This document shows positions 9,331 to 18,400 of a stretch of DNA of 64,000 nucleotides, piece by piece. Location: assembly GCA_947589005.1 (NCBI GenBank), contig CANPZO010000007.1:1125-65124 (forward strand), given 5' to 3'. A program made the position numbers and the translations under genes. The stretch is from an uncultured Clostridia bacterium. GTDB taxonomy: Bacteria; Bacillota; Clostridia; UMGS1883. Positions within the stretch are counted from its first letter, which is position 1. The number at the start of each line of letters is the position of its first letter. The notes beneath the pieces were generated by a model. That model was not told where the DNA came from and did no database searches. It saw only the letters and a list, made by a program, of their open reading frames with translations.

Positions 9331-9624
9331 ATGACAAAAAGAAAAAGGCCGGGGGTGAAGTTCTGCATCGTGTGCGGCAGAAAAATACCCGAGTGCAGCA
9401 ACCGGCACAAAATATGCAGCGAACGCTGCGCGAAAAAGAGAAAAAATCTCGCCAGAAACGGGATGGCGGCGCCTTATGAGTACGCAACGGAGCCTCCTAT
9501 CACATATTACTCTCTGGGCGAAATCCAGAGAAGGGCCAGAGCCATGGGGTTGAGCTACGGCCAGTATATGAGCAGGATATACAACGGAGGAATGAGCTTT
9601 GAAGGGATACAAAAGGCTAATTGA
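9331..9624 (+). CDS. Small Cys-rich zinc-finger protein with GLSYGQY motif, putative regulator
   Basis: CIVC...CSERC, basic N-terminus, ARAMGLSYGQY; GGGAGGT RBS before ATG 9331. Confidence 0.7.
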   Translation: MTKRKRPGVKFCIVCGRKIPECSNRHKICSERCAKKRKNLARNGMAAPYEYATEPPITYYSLGEIQRRARAMGLSYGQYMSRIYNGGMSFEGIQKAN

Positions 9625-11164
9625 CGAATACTTCGAGAGGTGCATGGGAGAGGAGCGAGAGGGAAAAAACGGCGAAAATATAAGAGTGAACTCCAAGCCG
9701 CCCACCCTTACGGGACTGGCGCTGGCGTTAGGCTTCAACAGCAAGGCCGAGCTGATGAAATTCGGCAGGAGCAAAAGAGGAAAGGAGTTAGTCGAGAACG
9801 CCAGACTGAAAATAGAAAATTACAACGAGGAAAAGCTGTTCGAAAAGGACTTTGCCAGAAGCGCCATTTTCAATCTCACCAACGCAAGAGAGGATCAGGC
9901 GGCGGAAGAGGAAAGGGAGACGGGCATGAAAATACCGGCGGAGCTGGTAGGCTCGGCCTTTGTGGATCTTTACAGGGACATCGCCGCGGAAGGGCACGGA
10001 GAGTACGTGCTTAAGGGCGGCCGTGGCAGCACGAAATCTTCTTTTGTGGCGCTGGTCATCATTGAAAGGCTCATGAGACGGGAGGACGAGCACGCCGCCG
10101 CCATGCGTCAGGTGGGGGCCACCCTCCGGGACAGCGTTTACGCGAGGCTGTGCTGGGCCATCAACGTACTGGGGCTGGAAAACGAGTTCGAGTGCAGACT
10201 TATGCCGCCGGAGATAATCAGGAAAAGCACAAAACAGAAAATATATTTCAGGGGCGCGGACGACCCCTCAAAGCTCAAGTCGCTGACGCCGTCCTTCGGA
10301 CACATAGGTATGCTGTGGCTGGAGGAGCTGGACCAGTTCGGCGGAGAGGCCCAGGTCAGGAGCATCGAGCAGAGCCTGCTACGGGGCGGGGAGGGGCTGG
10401 TGTTTAAAACCTTTAATCCTCCGCTTTCGAGAAACAACTGGGCCAACAGGTACGCCGCCATGCCGAAAAAGAACCGCATGGTGCATCACAGCACCTATCT
10501 GGACGTGCCGGCCCAATGGCTGGGAAGCCGCTTCATAGAGGAGGCGGAGTTCCTGAAGGAGACAAATCCGACGGCCTATGCTCACGAGTATCTGGGCGAG
10601 TGCGTGGACTGCGGCGGGCTGGTGTTTGAAAATCTCACCGTCAGGGATATAAGCGATGAGGAGATAAGCGGCTTTGAACGTATTTACAACGGCATAGACT
10701 GGGGCTGGTACCCGGACCCCTTCAGATTTTGCCGCTGCGCCTATATCGCCGGAGAAAGGCGGCTGTTCATATTTGACGAAATAAGCGGCAACAAGCTGTC
10801 GAACGGGGATATCGCGGAAAGGCTAAGGGAAAAGGGCATAGGCGGCGGGGACAGGATAACCGCGGACAGCGCGGGCGAGGGCCCCAAGAGCATCGAGGAC
10901 TTAAAGTCGGCGGGCTTTATGATAAGGGGAGCGGTTAAGGGCCCGGGGAGCGTGGAGTATTCCATGAAGTGGCTTTGCGGGCTGAGAGAGATAGTGGTGG
11001 ACGGACGGCGCTGTCCCAACGCCGCCAGGGAATTTGCGGAGTACGAATTTGAACGGGACAGGGACGGTCAGGTCATGGGCGGTTATCCCGACCGTGACAA
11101 CCACAGCATCGACGCGGTGCGCTACGCCATGGAGGAGGTTTGGCGGAAAAGAGGGATAAAGTAG
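9599..11164 (+). CDS. Terminase: small-subunit-like N-terminal domain fused to a PBSX-family large subunit
   Basis: N-terminal PPTLTGLALALGF (DNA-packaging gp3/TerS-like), Walker A GGRGSTKS, Walker B WLEELDQF, FNPP, GIDWG, nuclease DNHSIDAVRYA. GGAGGA RBS before TTG. Confidence 0.9.
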   Translation: MKGYKRLIDEYFERCMGEEREGKNGENIRVNSKPPTLTGLALALGFNSKAELMKFGRSKRGKELVENARLKIENYNEEKLFEKDFARSAIFNLTNAREDQAAEEERETGMKIPAELVGSAFVDLYRDIAAEGHGEYVLKGGRGSTKSSFVALVIIERLMRREDEHAAAMRQVGATLRDSVYARLCWAINVLGLENEFECRLMPPEIIRKSTKQKIYFRGADDPSKLKSLTPSFGHIGMLWLEELDQFGGEAQVRSIEQSLLRGGEGLVFKTFNPPLSRNNWANRYAAMPKKNRMVHHSTYLDVPAQWLGSRFIEEAEFLKETNPTAYAHEYLGECVDCGGLVFENLTVRDISDEEISGFERIYNGIDWGWYPDPFRFCRCAYIAGERRLFIFDEISGNKLSNGDIAERLREKGIGGGDRITADSAGEGPKSIEDLKSAGFMIRGAVKGPGSVEYSMKWLCGLREIVVDGRRCPNAAREFAEYEFERDRDGQVMGGYPDRDNHSIDAVRYAMEEVWRKRGIK

Positions 11165-11232
11165 GGCGAGGAGTTACGGCCGCAAGGCCGATATGTAAAA
11201 AAAGACGGGAAAAATAAACGAGGAGGGAACTT

Positions 11233-12507
11233 ATGTTTTGGAAAAAACGTGAGGAAAACGTACCCGCGGGAAGGGTGAGCACCGGAGCCATGGACGAGGC
11301 CCGGCGGAGATGGAGGTCAATGTATCTCAGCACGAAGGGGCTCCGTCTGCCGGCGGCGGTGGCCGGAGAACTGGCCCGGCTCACCACTGCGGAAATGAAG
11401 GTGAGCATTGGGGGCAGAGACGGAAAATTCCTGGAAAAAACGCTGAACCCCCTGATGGGCAGGCTGCGGCGGGAGCTGGAATACGGTCTGGCCGAGGGCA
11501 GTCTTGTGTTTAAGCCTTATTACGACGGGCGGGAGCTGAGGATTGACGTTGTTAAGGGAGACTGCTTCCGCCCGACGGCCTGGGACAGCGGCGGCGCCGT
11601 GACGGGGGCGGTGTTCGTACAGGAGATAAAAAAGGAGGACGGCTACTATGTGAGAGAGGAAAGGCACAGTCTGGGAGACGGGGCCTACCGCATAGAAAAC
11701 GCCGCCTTCAAGTGCCGTATCCCCGGAGAGGCGGGCAGGAGCATCCCGCTCCACGAGGTGGAGGAGTGGAAGGACATGGCGGAGAGCCTTGTCATAGAAA
11801 ATGTAAACAGGCCGCTTTTCGGATTTTTCCGCACGCCGTCGGCTAACACGACGGACCCCGGGTCGCCCTTGGGAGTATCGGTTTTTGCCGGAGCGGAGGA
11901 GCTGATGGAGGACGCGGACAGGCTGTACAAAAACCTGCTGTGGGAGTTCGAGAGCGGCAAGCGGCGGCTGTACGTGGACGTTACGGCCTTTGAGCGCGAC
12001 CCGAAGGGACGGCCCAAGCTGCCCGACACGGAGCTGTTCAGGACCATAGACGTTAATGACAGCGGCTTTTTCAGCGAGTGGTCGCCGGAGCTGCGGAACG
12101 GGGCCATTCAGTCGGGACTTAATACGGTGCTCCAGAGGGTGGAGTTCAACTGCGGGCTGGCTTACGGTACGGTGTCTCAGCCCTCCTATGTGGAAAAGAC
12201 GGCGGAGGAGATAAGGTCGTCAAAGCAGCGGAGCTACTGCTTTGTGAAGGACCTTCAGCGGGAGCTGGAAAAGGCCCTCAGAGAGCTTATAGACGCTTTG
12301 AGCGTGTGGGCGGAGCTGTACGGACTGGTGGAAAATGGCGAGTATGAGTGCGGCTTCGAGTTCGACGACAGCATTGTGGCAGACCGCCGAACGGAGTACG
12401 AGGAGAGGGTGCGGCTCACGGAACTGGGCGTGCTCAGACCCTGGGAGCTCCGCGCCTGGTATCTGGGCGAGACCGAGACTATGGCGAGGGAGGCCCTCGG
12501 CGAGTGA
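11233..12507 (+). CDS. Phage portal protein (A118/SPP1-like)
   Basis: Follows terminase; SPLGVSVF, WEFESGK, EFNCGLAYG, KTAEEI and FDDSIVAD motifs. Confidence 0.9.
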   Translation: MFWKKREENVPAGRVSTGAMDEARRRWRSMYLSTKGLRLPAAVAGELARLTTAEMKVSIGGRDGKFLEKTLNPLMGRLRRELEYGLAEGSLVFKPYYDGRELRIDVVKGDCFRPTAWDSGGAVTGAVFVQEIKKEDGYYVREERHSLGDGAYRIENAAFKCRIPGEAGRSIPLHEVEEWKDMAESLVIENVNRPLFGFFRTPSANTTDPGSPLGVSVFAGAEELMEDADRLYKNLLWEFESGKRRLYVDVTAFERDPKGRPKLPDTELFRTIDVNDSGFFSEWSPELRNGAIQSGLNTVLQRVEFNCGLAYGTVSQPSYVEKTAEEIRSSKQRSYCFVKDLQRELEKALRELIDALSVWAELYGLVENGEYECGFEFDDSIVADRRTEYEERVRLTELGVLRPWELRAWYLGETETMAREALGE

Positions 12508-12827
12508 AAAAGATAAGGATATTCAGCTATGACAGGGCGGCGGGGGCATACAGCTTCGCCGACTACAACTGCACGGTCGTTCTTCATGACGGACAGGAGC
12601 CGGAAAGCGGTGGGACTTACCGCAAAAACGGAGGCAGCGTCAGGATAATGACAAGTAAGGACGTTGCCGTGAGGCCGGGAGACTGGCTTTCTCTGGACAC
12701 GGGACGCGACAGGCCGGATAAGGACAGGGACAGGCTGGTCACCGAGGTAAGGGACAACAGAAGGGGCGGACTGCCCCATTGGAGGCTGATATTAGATGGC
12801 AGGGCCGGAGTTAGAGTTAACTCTTAA
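12504..12827 (+). CDS. Putative head-closure/stopper protein
   Basis: GTGA overlap with the portal stop, GAGGGAGG RBS; C-terminal VRDNRRGGLPHWRL. Confidence 0.65.
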   Translation: MKKIRIFSYDRAAGAYSFADYNCTVVLHDGQEPESGGTYRKNGGSVRIMTSKDVAVRPGDWLSLDTGRDRPDKDRDRLVTEVRDNRRGGLPHWRLILDGRAGVRVNS

Positions 12828-13158
12828 TCCCACGGAGAACATACTGCGGAAGAGGGGACTGGACAAGGGCGGCGCGGTGCAAAGGGCGGTGGATAAAGCG
12901 GTCATCGACCTATGCGAGCCATATGTCCCCTTTGACACAGGAGCTTTGAAGGAAAGCCCAAAAACCTGTTCCTCGCCGGGAAAGGTGGTCTACGGTATGC
13001 CCTATGCCCGAAAGCAATACTACGAAAACAAGGGCGACGGCGGCCTGAGAGGAGCGAGGTGGTTCGAGCGCATGAAGGCGGACCATATGGGCGACATAGT
13101 CGAAATAGCCGAGGAAACGATGAAAAAAAGCGGCGGGCAAAAGGGCGCGGCGAACTGA
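12796..13158 (+). CDS. Minor capsid/neck protein (HK97 gp10-like)
   Basis: PYVPFDTGAL, PYARKQYY, RGARWFERMKA. Confidence 0.8.
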   Translation: MAGPELELTLNPTENILRKRGLDKGGAVQRAVDKAVIDLCEPYVPFDTGALKESPKTCSSPGKVVYGMPYARKQYYENKGDGGLRGARWFERMKADHMGDIVEIAEETMKKSGGQKGAAN

Positions 13159-13173
13159 AAAAGGGAGGAAAAT

Positions 13174-13494
13174 ATGAAATTTACGTTTGAAAATTTTTCG
13201 AGAGAGGTGGACAACATGGACGTGGCCGTGGTAAAGCGTTATGAGAGCTGCCTTGAGGACTTTTATAAAAGGGTGGCGGGCATAGATATGAAAAAGAAGG
13301 CCAGCGGCATATACGGCGACATATGCGCTGCCGGCGAGGCCATGATGGACGGCTTTTTCGGCGAGGGCGCGGCACGGGAAATGTTCGGCGAGAGCCAGAG
13401 CGTCAGAAAGGTCATGGAGGCGGTCTGCGGGCTCAACGGCTATATGAACGACGTGAGCGGGGTCGTTGACGGCATGAGGAGATTGGGAGCGTGA
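13174..13494 (+). CDS. Putative tail assembly chaperone
   Basis: FFGEGAAREMFG motif; directly upstream of the Gp15-like gene. Confidence 0.6.
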   Translation: MKFTFENFSREVDNMDVAVVKRYESCLEDFYKRVAGIDMKKKASGIYGDICAAGEAMMDGFFGEGAAREMFGESQSVRKVMEAVCGLNGYMNDVSGVVDGMRRLGA

Positions 13495-14033
13495 GCATCC
13501 TGACCCGCGGACTGCCGGAGTTTGTGGTCTGCCGGGGAGAGAGATATGAGATAGAAACAGACTTCCGGGTCTGGATAGATTTTTACGAGCGGGCCCGGGA
13601 GCGGGATATACCGGGGATGCTTAAGGTGTACCGCCGTCTGCCGCCCTCGCTGAGCGAGGCGCTGGAGCTGGCGGCGGAGTTCGGCCGGGGAGGAGCCCTG
13701 CCCTACGGAAGCGGACATAGGGGCGGCCGCGCCCTGCTGGATTACGAGGCCGACGCGGGACTCATATACGCGGCCTTTATGGGTGAGTACGGCATCGACC
13801 TCTGTGAGGCAAGGCTCCACTGGTACAAGTTCTGCGCTCTGCTGGCAGGTCTTGGGGAGGGTCGGGCCCTTTCCAGGGTGATGGCCATCAGGGGCATGGA
13901 CCCGTCGGCCCAGACCGACAGCGGACGCAGAAGCGAGCTGCGGAGGCTCCAGAGGATATACGCCTGTCCGGACAGGCGCAGCCTTGAGGAGCGGGACGCG
14001 GACGCGGCGGCGGTCCTCGGTAAGTTTTATTGA
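13491..14033 (+). CDS. Bacteriophage Gp15-family protein (tail chaperone)
   Basis: IETDFRVWI; DYEADAGLIYAAF..EYGIDL...LHWYKF.ALL. Confidence 0.85.
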   Translation: MSILTRGLPEFVVCRGERYEIETDFRVWIDFYERARERDIPGMLKVYRRLPPSLSEALELAAEFGRGGALPYGSGHRGGRALLDYEADAGLIYAAFMGEYGIDLCEARLHWYKFCALLAGLGEGRALSRVMAIRGMDPSAQTDSGRRSELRRLQRIYACPDRRSLEERDADAAAVLGKFY

Positions 14034-14082
14034 CGTATGGCAGGGAGGGTGGGATAAAAATATTTTGGAAGGAGGGAAAATA

Positions 14083-14472
14083 ATGGACAGAAAATTTTTG
14101 GAGGAAAAGGGCCTCGACGAGGAGGCCATCGACGAGATAATCGCCGAGCATGAGAAGCTAATGGACGAGCTTCGGGTTGAAATGGAGGCCAAAATCTCCG
14201 AAAAGGAGGAAGAGATGGAGGAGCTCCGCAGGGACTTCGACATCGACAGAGAGCTGACCGGACTGGGAGCCAGAAACCATAAGGCGGTAAAGGCCCTGCT
14301 CGACAAGGAGGCTCTCAGAACGGGCGACCCCGAGGAGCTCGTAAAACAGCTGGAAAAGATACGCCGTGAAAACGGATATCTTTTTGCCGGCTCGAATACC
14401 CCCGTGGCCACCGGCCCTACCGCGCCCAGAACCGAAAAGAGCTTCGGGTTTAAGTTTACGGGGGTAAGATGA
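14083..14472 (+). CDS. Capsid scaffolding protein (GP20-like)
   Basis: MDRKFLEEKGL, coiled coil, GARNHKAVKALLD, GYLF; GGAGGG RBS. Confidence 0.85.
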   Translation: MDRKFLEEKGLDEEAIDEIIAEHEKLMDELRVEMEAKISEKEEEMEELRRDFDIDRELTGLGARNHKAVKALLDKEALRTGDPEELVKQLEKIRRENGYLFAGSNTPVATGPTAPRTEKSFGFKFTGVR

Positions 14473-14552
14473 GGGACGGCCGACGTCCCCAAATCGGCGG
14501 CGGGCCTTAAGCGACCCACGGCCGGCCATGAAAAACGAAAGGAGTAAAAATT

Positions 14553-15437
14553 ATGGCAGCACTTAACTATGCGACCGAATACGCGGGCAGTCTTGCCCAG
14601 GCGTATCCCTATGTGCTCAACTTCGGCGCTCTCTACAATACGGAGAACGATCAGCGTTACCGCTGGGTAAACGCTAAAACCATCGAGATACCCAGCATTA
14701 CCACCACCGGCAGGGTGGACGGCGACAGGGACACCATCGCGACGGCAAAGCGCAACTATGACAACGCCTGGGAAATGAAGACCCTTACTCACCACCGCAA
14801 GTGGAGCACTCTCGTACATCCCATGGACATAGACGAGACAAATATGACCGCGTCTATCAGCAACATAACTCAGGTGTACAACGAGGAGCACAAGTTCCCC
14901 GAAATGGACGCCTATACCGTATCGGAGATATACAAGCTCTGGACAACGGACGGCAATACCGCCGACACCACCGTGCTCAAGGCGACAAACGTGCTTTCGG
15001 TATTTGACAAAATGATGGAGGCCATGGACGAGGCCAGAGTCCCCGCCAAGGGAAGGATACTTTACGTGACCCCCGCGGTAAAGACCCTGATCAAAAACGC
15101 GAACCAGCTTTCTCACGTCATTAACAACGGCGACGCCAAGGTGGACCGCAGCGTGGCGGACCTGGACAGCGTGGAGATAGTGGCCGTGCCCAAGAACCTG
15201 ATGAAAACCTCCTACGACTTCACGGAGGGTTGGAAGGTCGGCGGAGATGCCAAGCAGATAAATATGCTGCTCATCCATCCCAGCGCGGTCATAACTCCCG
15301 AAAAGTACACCTTTGCCCGTCTGGACGAGCCCAGCGCCGGAAGCGAGGGCAAGTACATATACTTTGAGGAAAGCTATGACGGGGTGTTCATCCTCAACAA
15401 GAGAATGGGCGGAGTGGCCTTTAACACGGAGGCTTGA
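14553..15437 (+). CDS. Major capsid protein
   Basis: ALNYATEY, IEIPSI, VHPMDIDETN, FPEMDAY, MDEARVP..GRILYVTP; follows the scaffold gene. Confidence 0.9.
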   Translation: MAALNYATEYAGSLAQAYPYVLNFGALYNTENDQRYRWVNAKTIEIPSITTTGRVDGDRDTIATAKRNYDNAWEMKTLTHHRKWSTLVHPMDIDETNMTASISNITQVYNEEHKFPEMDAYTVSEIYKLWTTDGNTADTTVLKATNVLSVFDKMMEAMDEARVPAKGRILYVTPAVKTLIKNANQLSHVINNGDAKVDRSVADLDSVEIVAVPKNLMKTSYDFTEGWKVGGDAKQINMLLIHPSAVITPEKYTFARLDEPSAGSEGKYIYFEESYDGVFILNKRMGGVAFNTEA

Positions 15438-15440
15438 GCC

Positions 15441-15797
15441 ATGAGCTACGAGGAGTATCTGGAAAGATACACCGGAGCGGAGCCTGTGCCGGAGCGGGAA
15501 TTCGGCTTTTACTGCGAAAAGGCGGGCAGGCTCATAGACAGCTTCACCTTCGGGCGCGGGTCGGAGTCGGAGCTGGAGGAGGTGGCTTACGCCCAAGCGG
15601 AGCTGATACAGTATCTCTATGAAAACAGCGGAAGGAGAGGCGTGGTCAGCGAGAGCAACGACGGCCTGAGCGTAACCTATGCCGACGGCGGCTCCGAGGT
15701 CTCGGACGCCAGAGACATTGTGAAGCAGTGGCTCGGCGGTACCGGCCTTATGTACGCCGGAGTGGAGATGGGAGAGAGCTGCGATGGCGGTTATTGA
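15441..15797 (+). CDS. Head-tail connector/adaptor
   Basis: IDSFTFGR, SESNDGLSVTY, L..TGLMYAG. Confidence 0.8.
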   Translation: MSYEEYLERYTGAEPVPEREFGFYCEKAGRLIDSFTFGRGSESELEEVAYAQAELIQYLYENSGRRGVVSESNDGLSVTYADGGSEVSDARDIVKQWLGGTGLMYAGVEMGESCDGGY

Positions 15798-16200
15798 CAG
15801 TGTGAGGCGGTTTTTCGCGGAGTGCCCGCTGCTTGAGGACGGCTGTATAAACGTGAATTATCTGGGAGCAAAAAAAGCGGATTACAGCATAGAGAGCGTT
15901 CCGTCGGAGCCTGTGGTGCGCCGGTACGTGGACGGGGGCGAGCTGAGACAGTACGTCTTTGTTTTCGCCTCCCGTGAATACTACGACGAGGACATGGAGG
16001 ACAATTCCCACACCGCCGGTTTTTATGAGGAGCTGGCGGCATGGATAGAGGACAGCGGCAAAAATGGGAGGCTGCCTGTGCTGACCGGCGGAAAGGCCCT
16101 TGCCATGGAGGTCATGTCCGGCGGCTATGTCCTGTCGGAAAAGGCCGGAACCGCCAGATACCAGATGCAGCTTAGGCTGATATACAAAAAGGAGGAGTAA
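15784..16200 (+). CDS. Tail terminator / minor capsid-type protein
   Basis: YSIE..P....V..YVDG...RQY.F, ARYQMQLRLIY; lies before the tail tube gene. Confidence 0.7.
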   Translation: MAVIDSVRRFFAECPLLEDGCINVNYLGAKKADYSIESVPSEPVVRRYVDGGELRQYVFVFASREYYDEDMEDNSHTAGFYEELAAWIEDSGKNGRLPVLTGGKALAMEVMSGGYVLSEKAGTARYQMQLRLIYKKEE

Positions 16201-16202
16201 AT

Positions 16203-16664
16203 ATGGCACTGGTAAAACGCTGTGAGAAGCTGGCGTTCATGAATGTGGACGGAACTTATCACAGAATGACTAATTTTACGGAGATAGCCGTGGAGAAAAA
16301 CCCCAGGGAATACTCCCGGCAGTACGTGGACGAGGAGTTTGAACGCTCCAGCATTGTGGGCTACAGCACGGCGGTAAGCTACAGCTTCGACTACGACAAC
16401 GAGAACAAGGTCCACAACCTCATAAAGAAGATAACGGACAAGGAACTGCTTGCGGACGAGGCCGTCGTGGAGATAGTTATGGTGGATATCGATAATACCG
16501 AGGGCAAAAATCAGGCGGTGAGCCGCCGTTGGAGCGTTATACCCGAGACCGAGGGCAACAGTACCGACGCCTACACCTACAGCGGAAGCTTCCGCGCCAA
16601 CGGCCCTGCCGCGGATGTCAAGGCGGTATCCGCCGACGGCTGGAAAACCATAACGGTTGAGTAA
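16203..16664 (+). CDS. Major tail (tube) protein
   Basis: NPREYSRQYVDE, YTYSGSF.ANG; position before the tape measure gene. Confidence 0.75.
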   Translation: MALVKRCEKLAFMNVDGTYHRMTNFTEIAVEKNPREYSRQYVDEEFERSSIVGYSTAVSYSFDYDNENKVHNLIKKITDKELLADEAVVEIVMVDIDNTEGKNQAVSRRWSVIPETEGNSTDAYTYSGSFRANGPAADVKAVSADGWKTITVE

Positions 16665-16693
16665 GCGGGACGCCCGTAAGCGGAGGTGAGGCT

Positions 16694-18400
16694 ATGGCGG
16701 GAGACGGAAGTATCGTCATAAATACCGAGCTCGACACCGGAGGTCTGGAAAAAGGGCTGGACAGGCTCAAGGAGCTGGTCAAAAGCCGGTCCGCCGACGC
16801 CGGTGACAGTCTCGGCGGAATATTCGACGGCCTTGAGTCGGCGCTTAAGGGTATCTCGGTGACCGAGGGGATAGGAAAGCTCATCGACAGCGCGAAGGAC
16901 GCGCTGGTGGGCGGCGCGGCGGAGCTCAGCTCCGCCGCCGGCCTGACCGCGAGGGACGCGGCAGAGGGCCTCGGCGCGGGTGATGATAATTTCAGAAAAG
17001 GCGGGAGCGGCCTTGCGGCGGCCGCCGCCGAGGGTCTTTCATCGGGGGAAAACGCTCTTGACGCCGCCGGAAGCTCGGCGGCGGAGAGCGCGGCCTCGGC
17101 CATGAATGTGCCCGGAAATTTCCTTTCCGTGGGGCTGAACCTCATAAACGCCCTGAGAAACGGTTTGGCCTCCGGCGCCGCCGCCCTCTATGCCAAGGCG
17201 TCGGAAATCGCCGGAAGGGTCACGGCTCTGGTAAAGGGCGTGTTCAAGATACATTCTCCCTCGGCGGTGTTCAGAGATGACATCGGTAAGATGCTGATGC
17301 TGGGCCTGCGGGACGGTATCTTGAACAATTCCGAGGCGGTGCTGGCGGCAACGGAGGCTCTGGCGGAGGATATGCTTGAGTCGGAAAAGAGGTATCTGGC
17401 GGAGAAGAAACGGATAGACGAGCTCAACGACCAGGAGGACGAGGCCCGCCGGGTCCGCGAGTACGAAGAAAGGCTCAGCCTGGCCAAGACTCGGGAGGAA
17501 AAGGACGAGCTTATAGAGGAAGAAAGGCTCCGGCTCAGAAAGCGGGCCGACGCCAAGTATCTCGAGCAGCTCAAGTCCGCCGCTGAAAAGGAAAGGGAAA
17601 TAATTGACGGGCTCAAGGAGGACATTACGGCGGCTTACAAGGACATAGCCGAGTATATAGAGAACAGTCTGGAGCCCATAGAGGAGGACCGCAGAGACCT
17701 TGAGGACAAGCTGAAAAAGTACGCCGGAAGCAGCGGCGGTCTGTACACAACGGTGATAGAGCGCAAGGACCGTGACGACCTGGTCTATTACGGTTTGGCG
17801 GACCAGCAGAGGGCCATAGACATTCTGAACAAATACTCCTCGGCGCTCGGCGCCGCCTCGGAACGGATAAAGTCGGCCTTCGGCCCGGAAACGGCAAGGA
17901 GCTTTATGTCCGCCCTGACGGAGATGGACGTGGAGGAGGGCGCGATTTTTGCCGAAACCTTGGCGGCGGCGTCGGACGCGGACTTTGAAAAGTACATTAA
18001 AGACTGGGGAAAGAAGAACACCCTTGCGGAGGAGATATCCCGTCAGCTTTACGGCGAAGCCTTCACCGACGCGGTGGACGACTGCACCGAGTATATGCGC
18101 AGTGAGCTGGAAAAATTGGGGCTTGAGGTGCCGGAGGGCTTTTTCGCCAGCGGCAGCCTCAGCGCAAAGGAGTTCGGCAGAGGCTTTTCCGAGGGGATAA
18201 ATCAGGTCCTTGAGGAGGCGGGAGAGCTGATAAGGAGCTTCGGCGGCTTTTCGACAGCGGCGGCGGCCGGCGGGACGCCGGTGGTGAACAACAACTATTA
18301 CAGCACCTATTCCGTAAACGGAACAAGGAGCACCGCCGCGGAAAGCATCTTTGCCATGGAAGCCGCCGCCGTAATGAACAGATACAGGGGGCTGAACTGA
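16694..18400 (+). CDS. Short tape measure protein (568 aa)
   Basis: DGSIVINTELDT.G N-terminus, Ala/Gly-rich helical region, IHSPS.VF motif. Confidence 0.85.
   Translation: MAGDGSIVINTELDTGGLEKGLDRLKELVKSRSADAGDSLGGIFDGLESALKGISVTEGIGKLIDSAKDALVGGAAELSSAAGLTARDAAEGLGAGDDNFRKGGSGLAAAAAEGLSSGENALDAAGSSAAESAASAMNVPGNFLSVGLNLINALRNGLASGAAALYAKASEIAGRVTALVKGVFKIHSPSAVFRDDIGKMLMLGLRDGILNNSEAVLAATEALAEDMLESEKRYLAEKKRIDELNDQEDEARRVREYEERLSLAKTREEKDELIEEERLRLRKRADAKYLEQLKSAAEKEREIIDGLKEDITAAYKDIAEYIENSLEPIEEDRRDLEDKLKKYAGSSGGLYTTVIERKDRDDLVYYGLADQQRAIDILNKYSSALGAASERIKSAFGPETARSFMSALTEMDVEEGAIFAETLAAASDADFEKYIKDWGKKNTLAEEISRQLYGEAFTDAVDDCTEYMRSELEKLGLEVPEGFFASGSLSAKEFGRGFSEGINQVLEEAGELIRSFGGFSTAAAAGGTPVVNNNYYSTYSVNGTRSTAAESIFAMEAAAVMNRYRGLN

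Noticed and set aside
14030-14062. Internal sigmaA or sporulation promoter before scaffold/capsid
   Set aside because: TTGACG is present but there is no acceptable -10 at the right spacing
13440-15596. 718-aa minus-strand ORF, and similar long antisense ORFs (5381-6808, 38893-40674, 46509-48605, 50414-52717, 56406-58403, 59973-62042)
   Set aside because: Shadow frames opposite well-supported genes, expected from GC-rich codon bias
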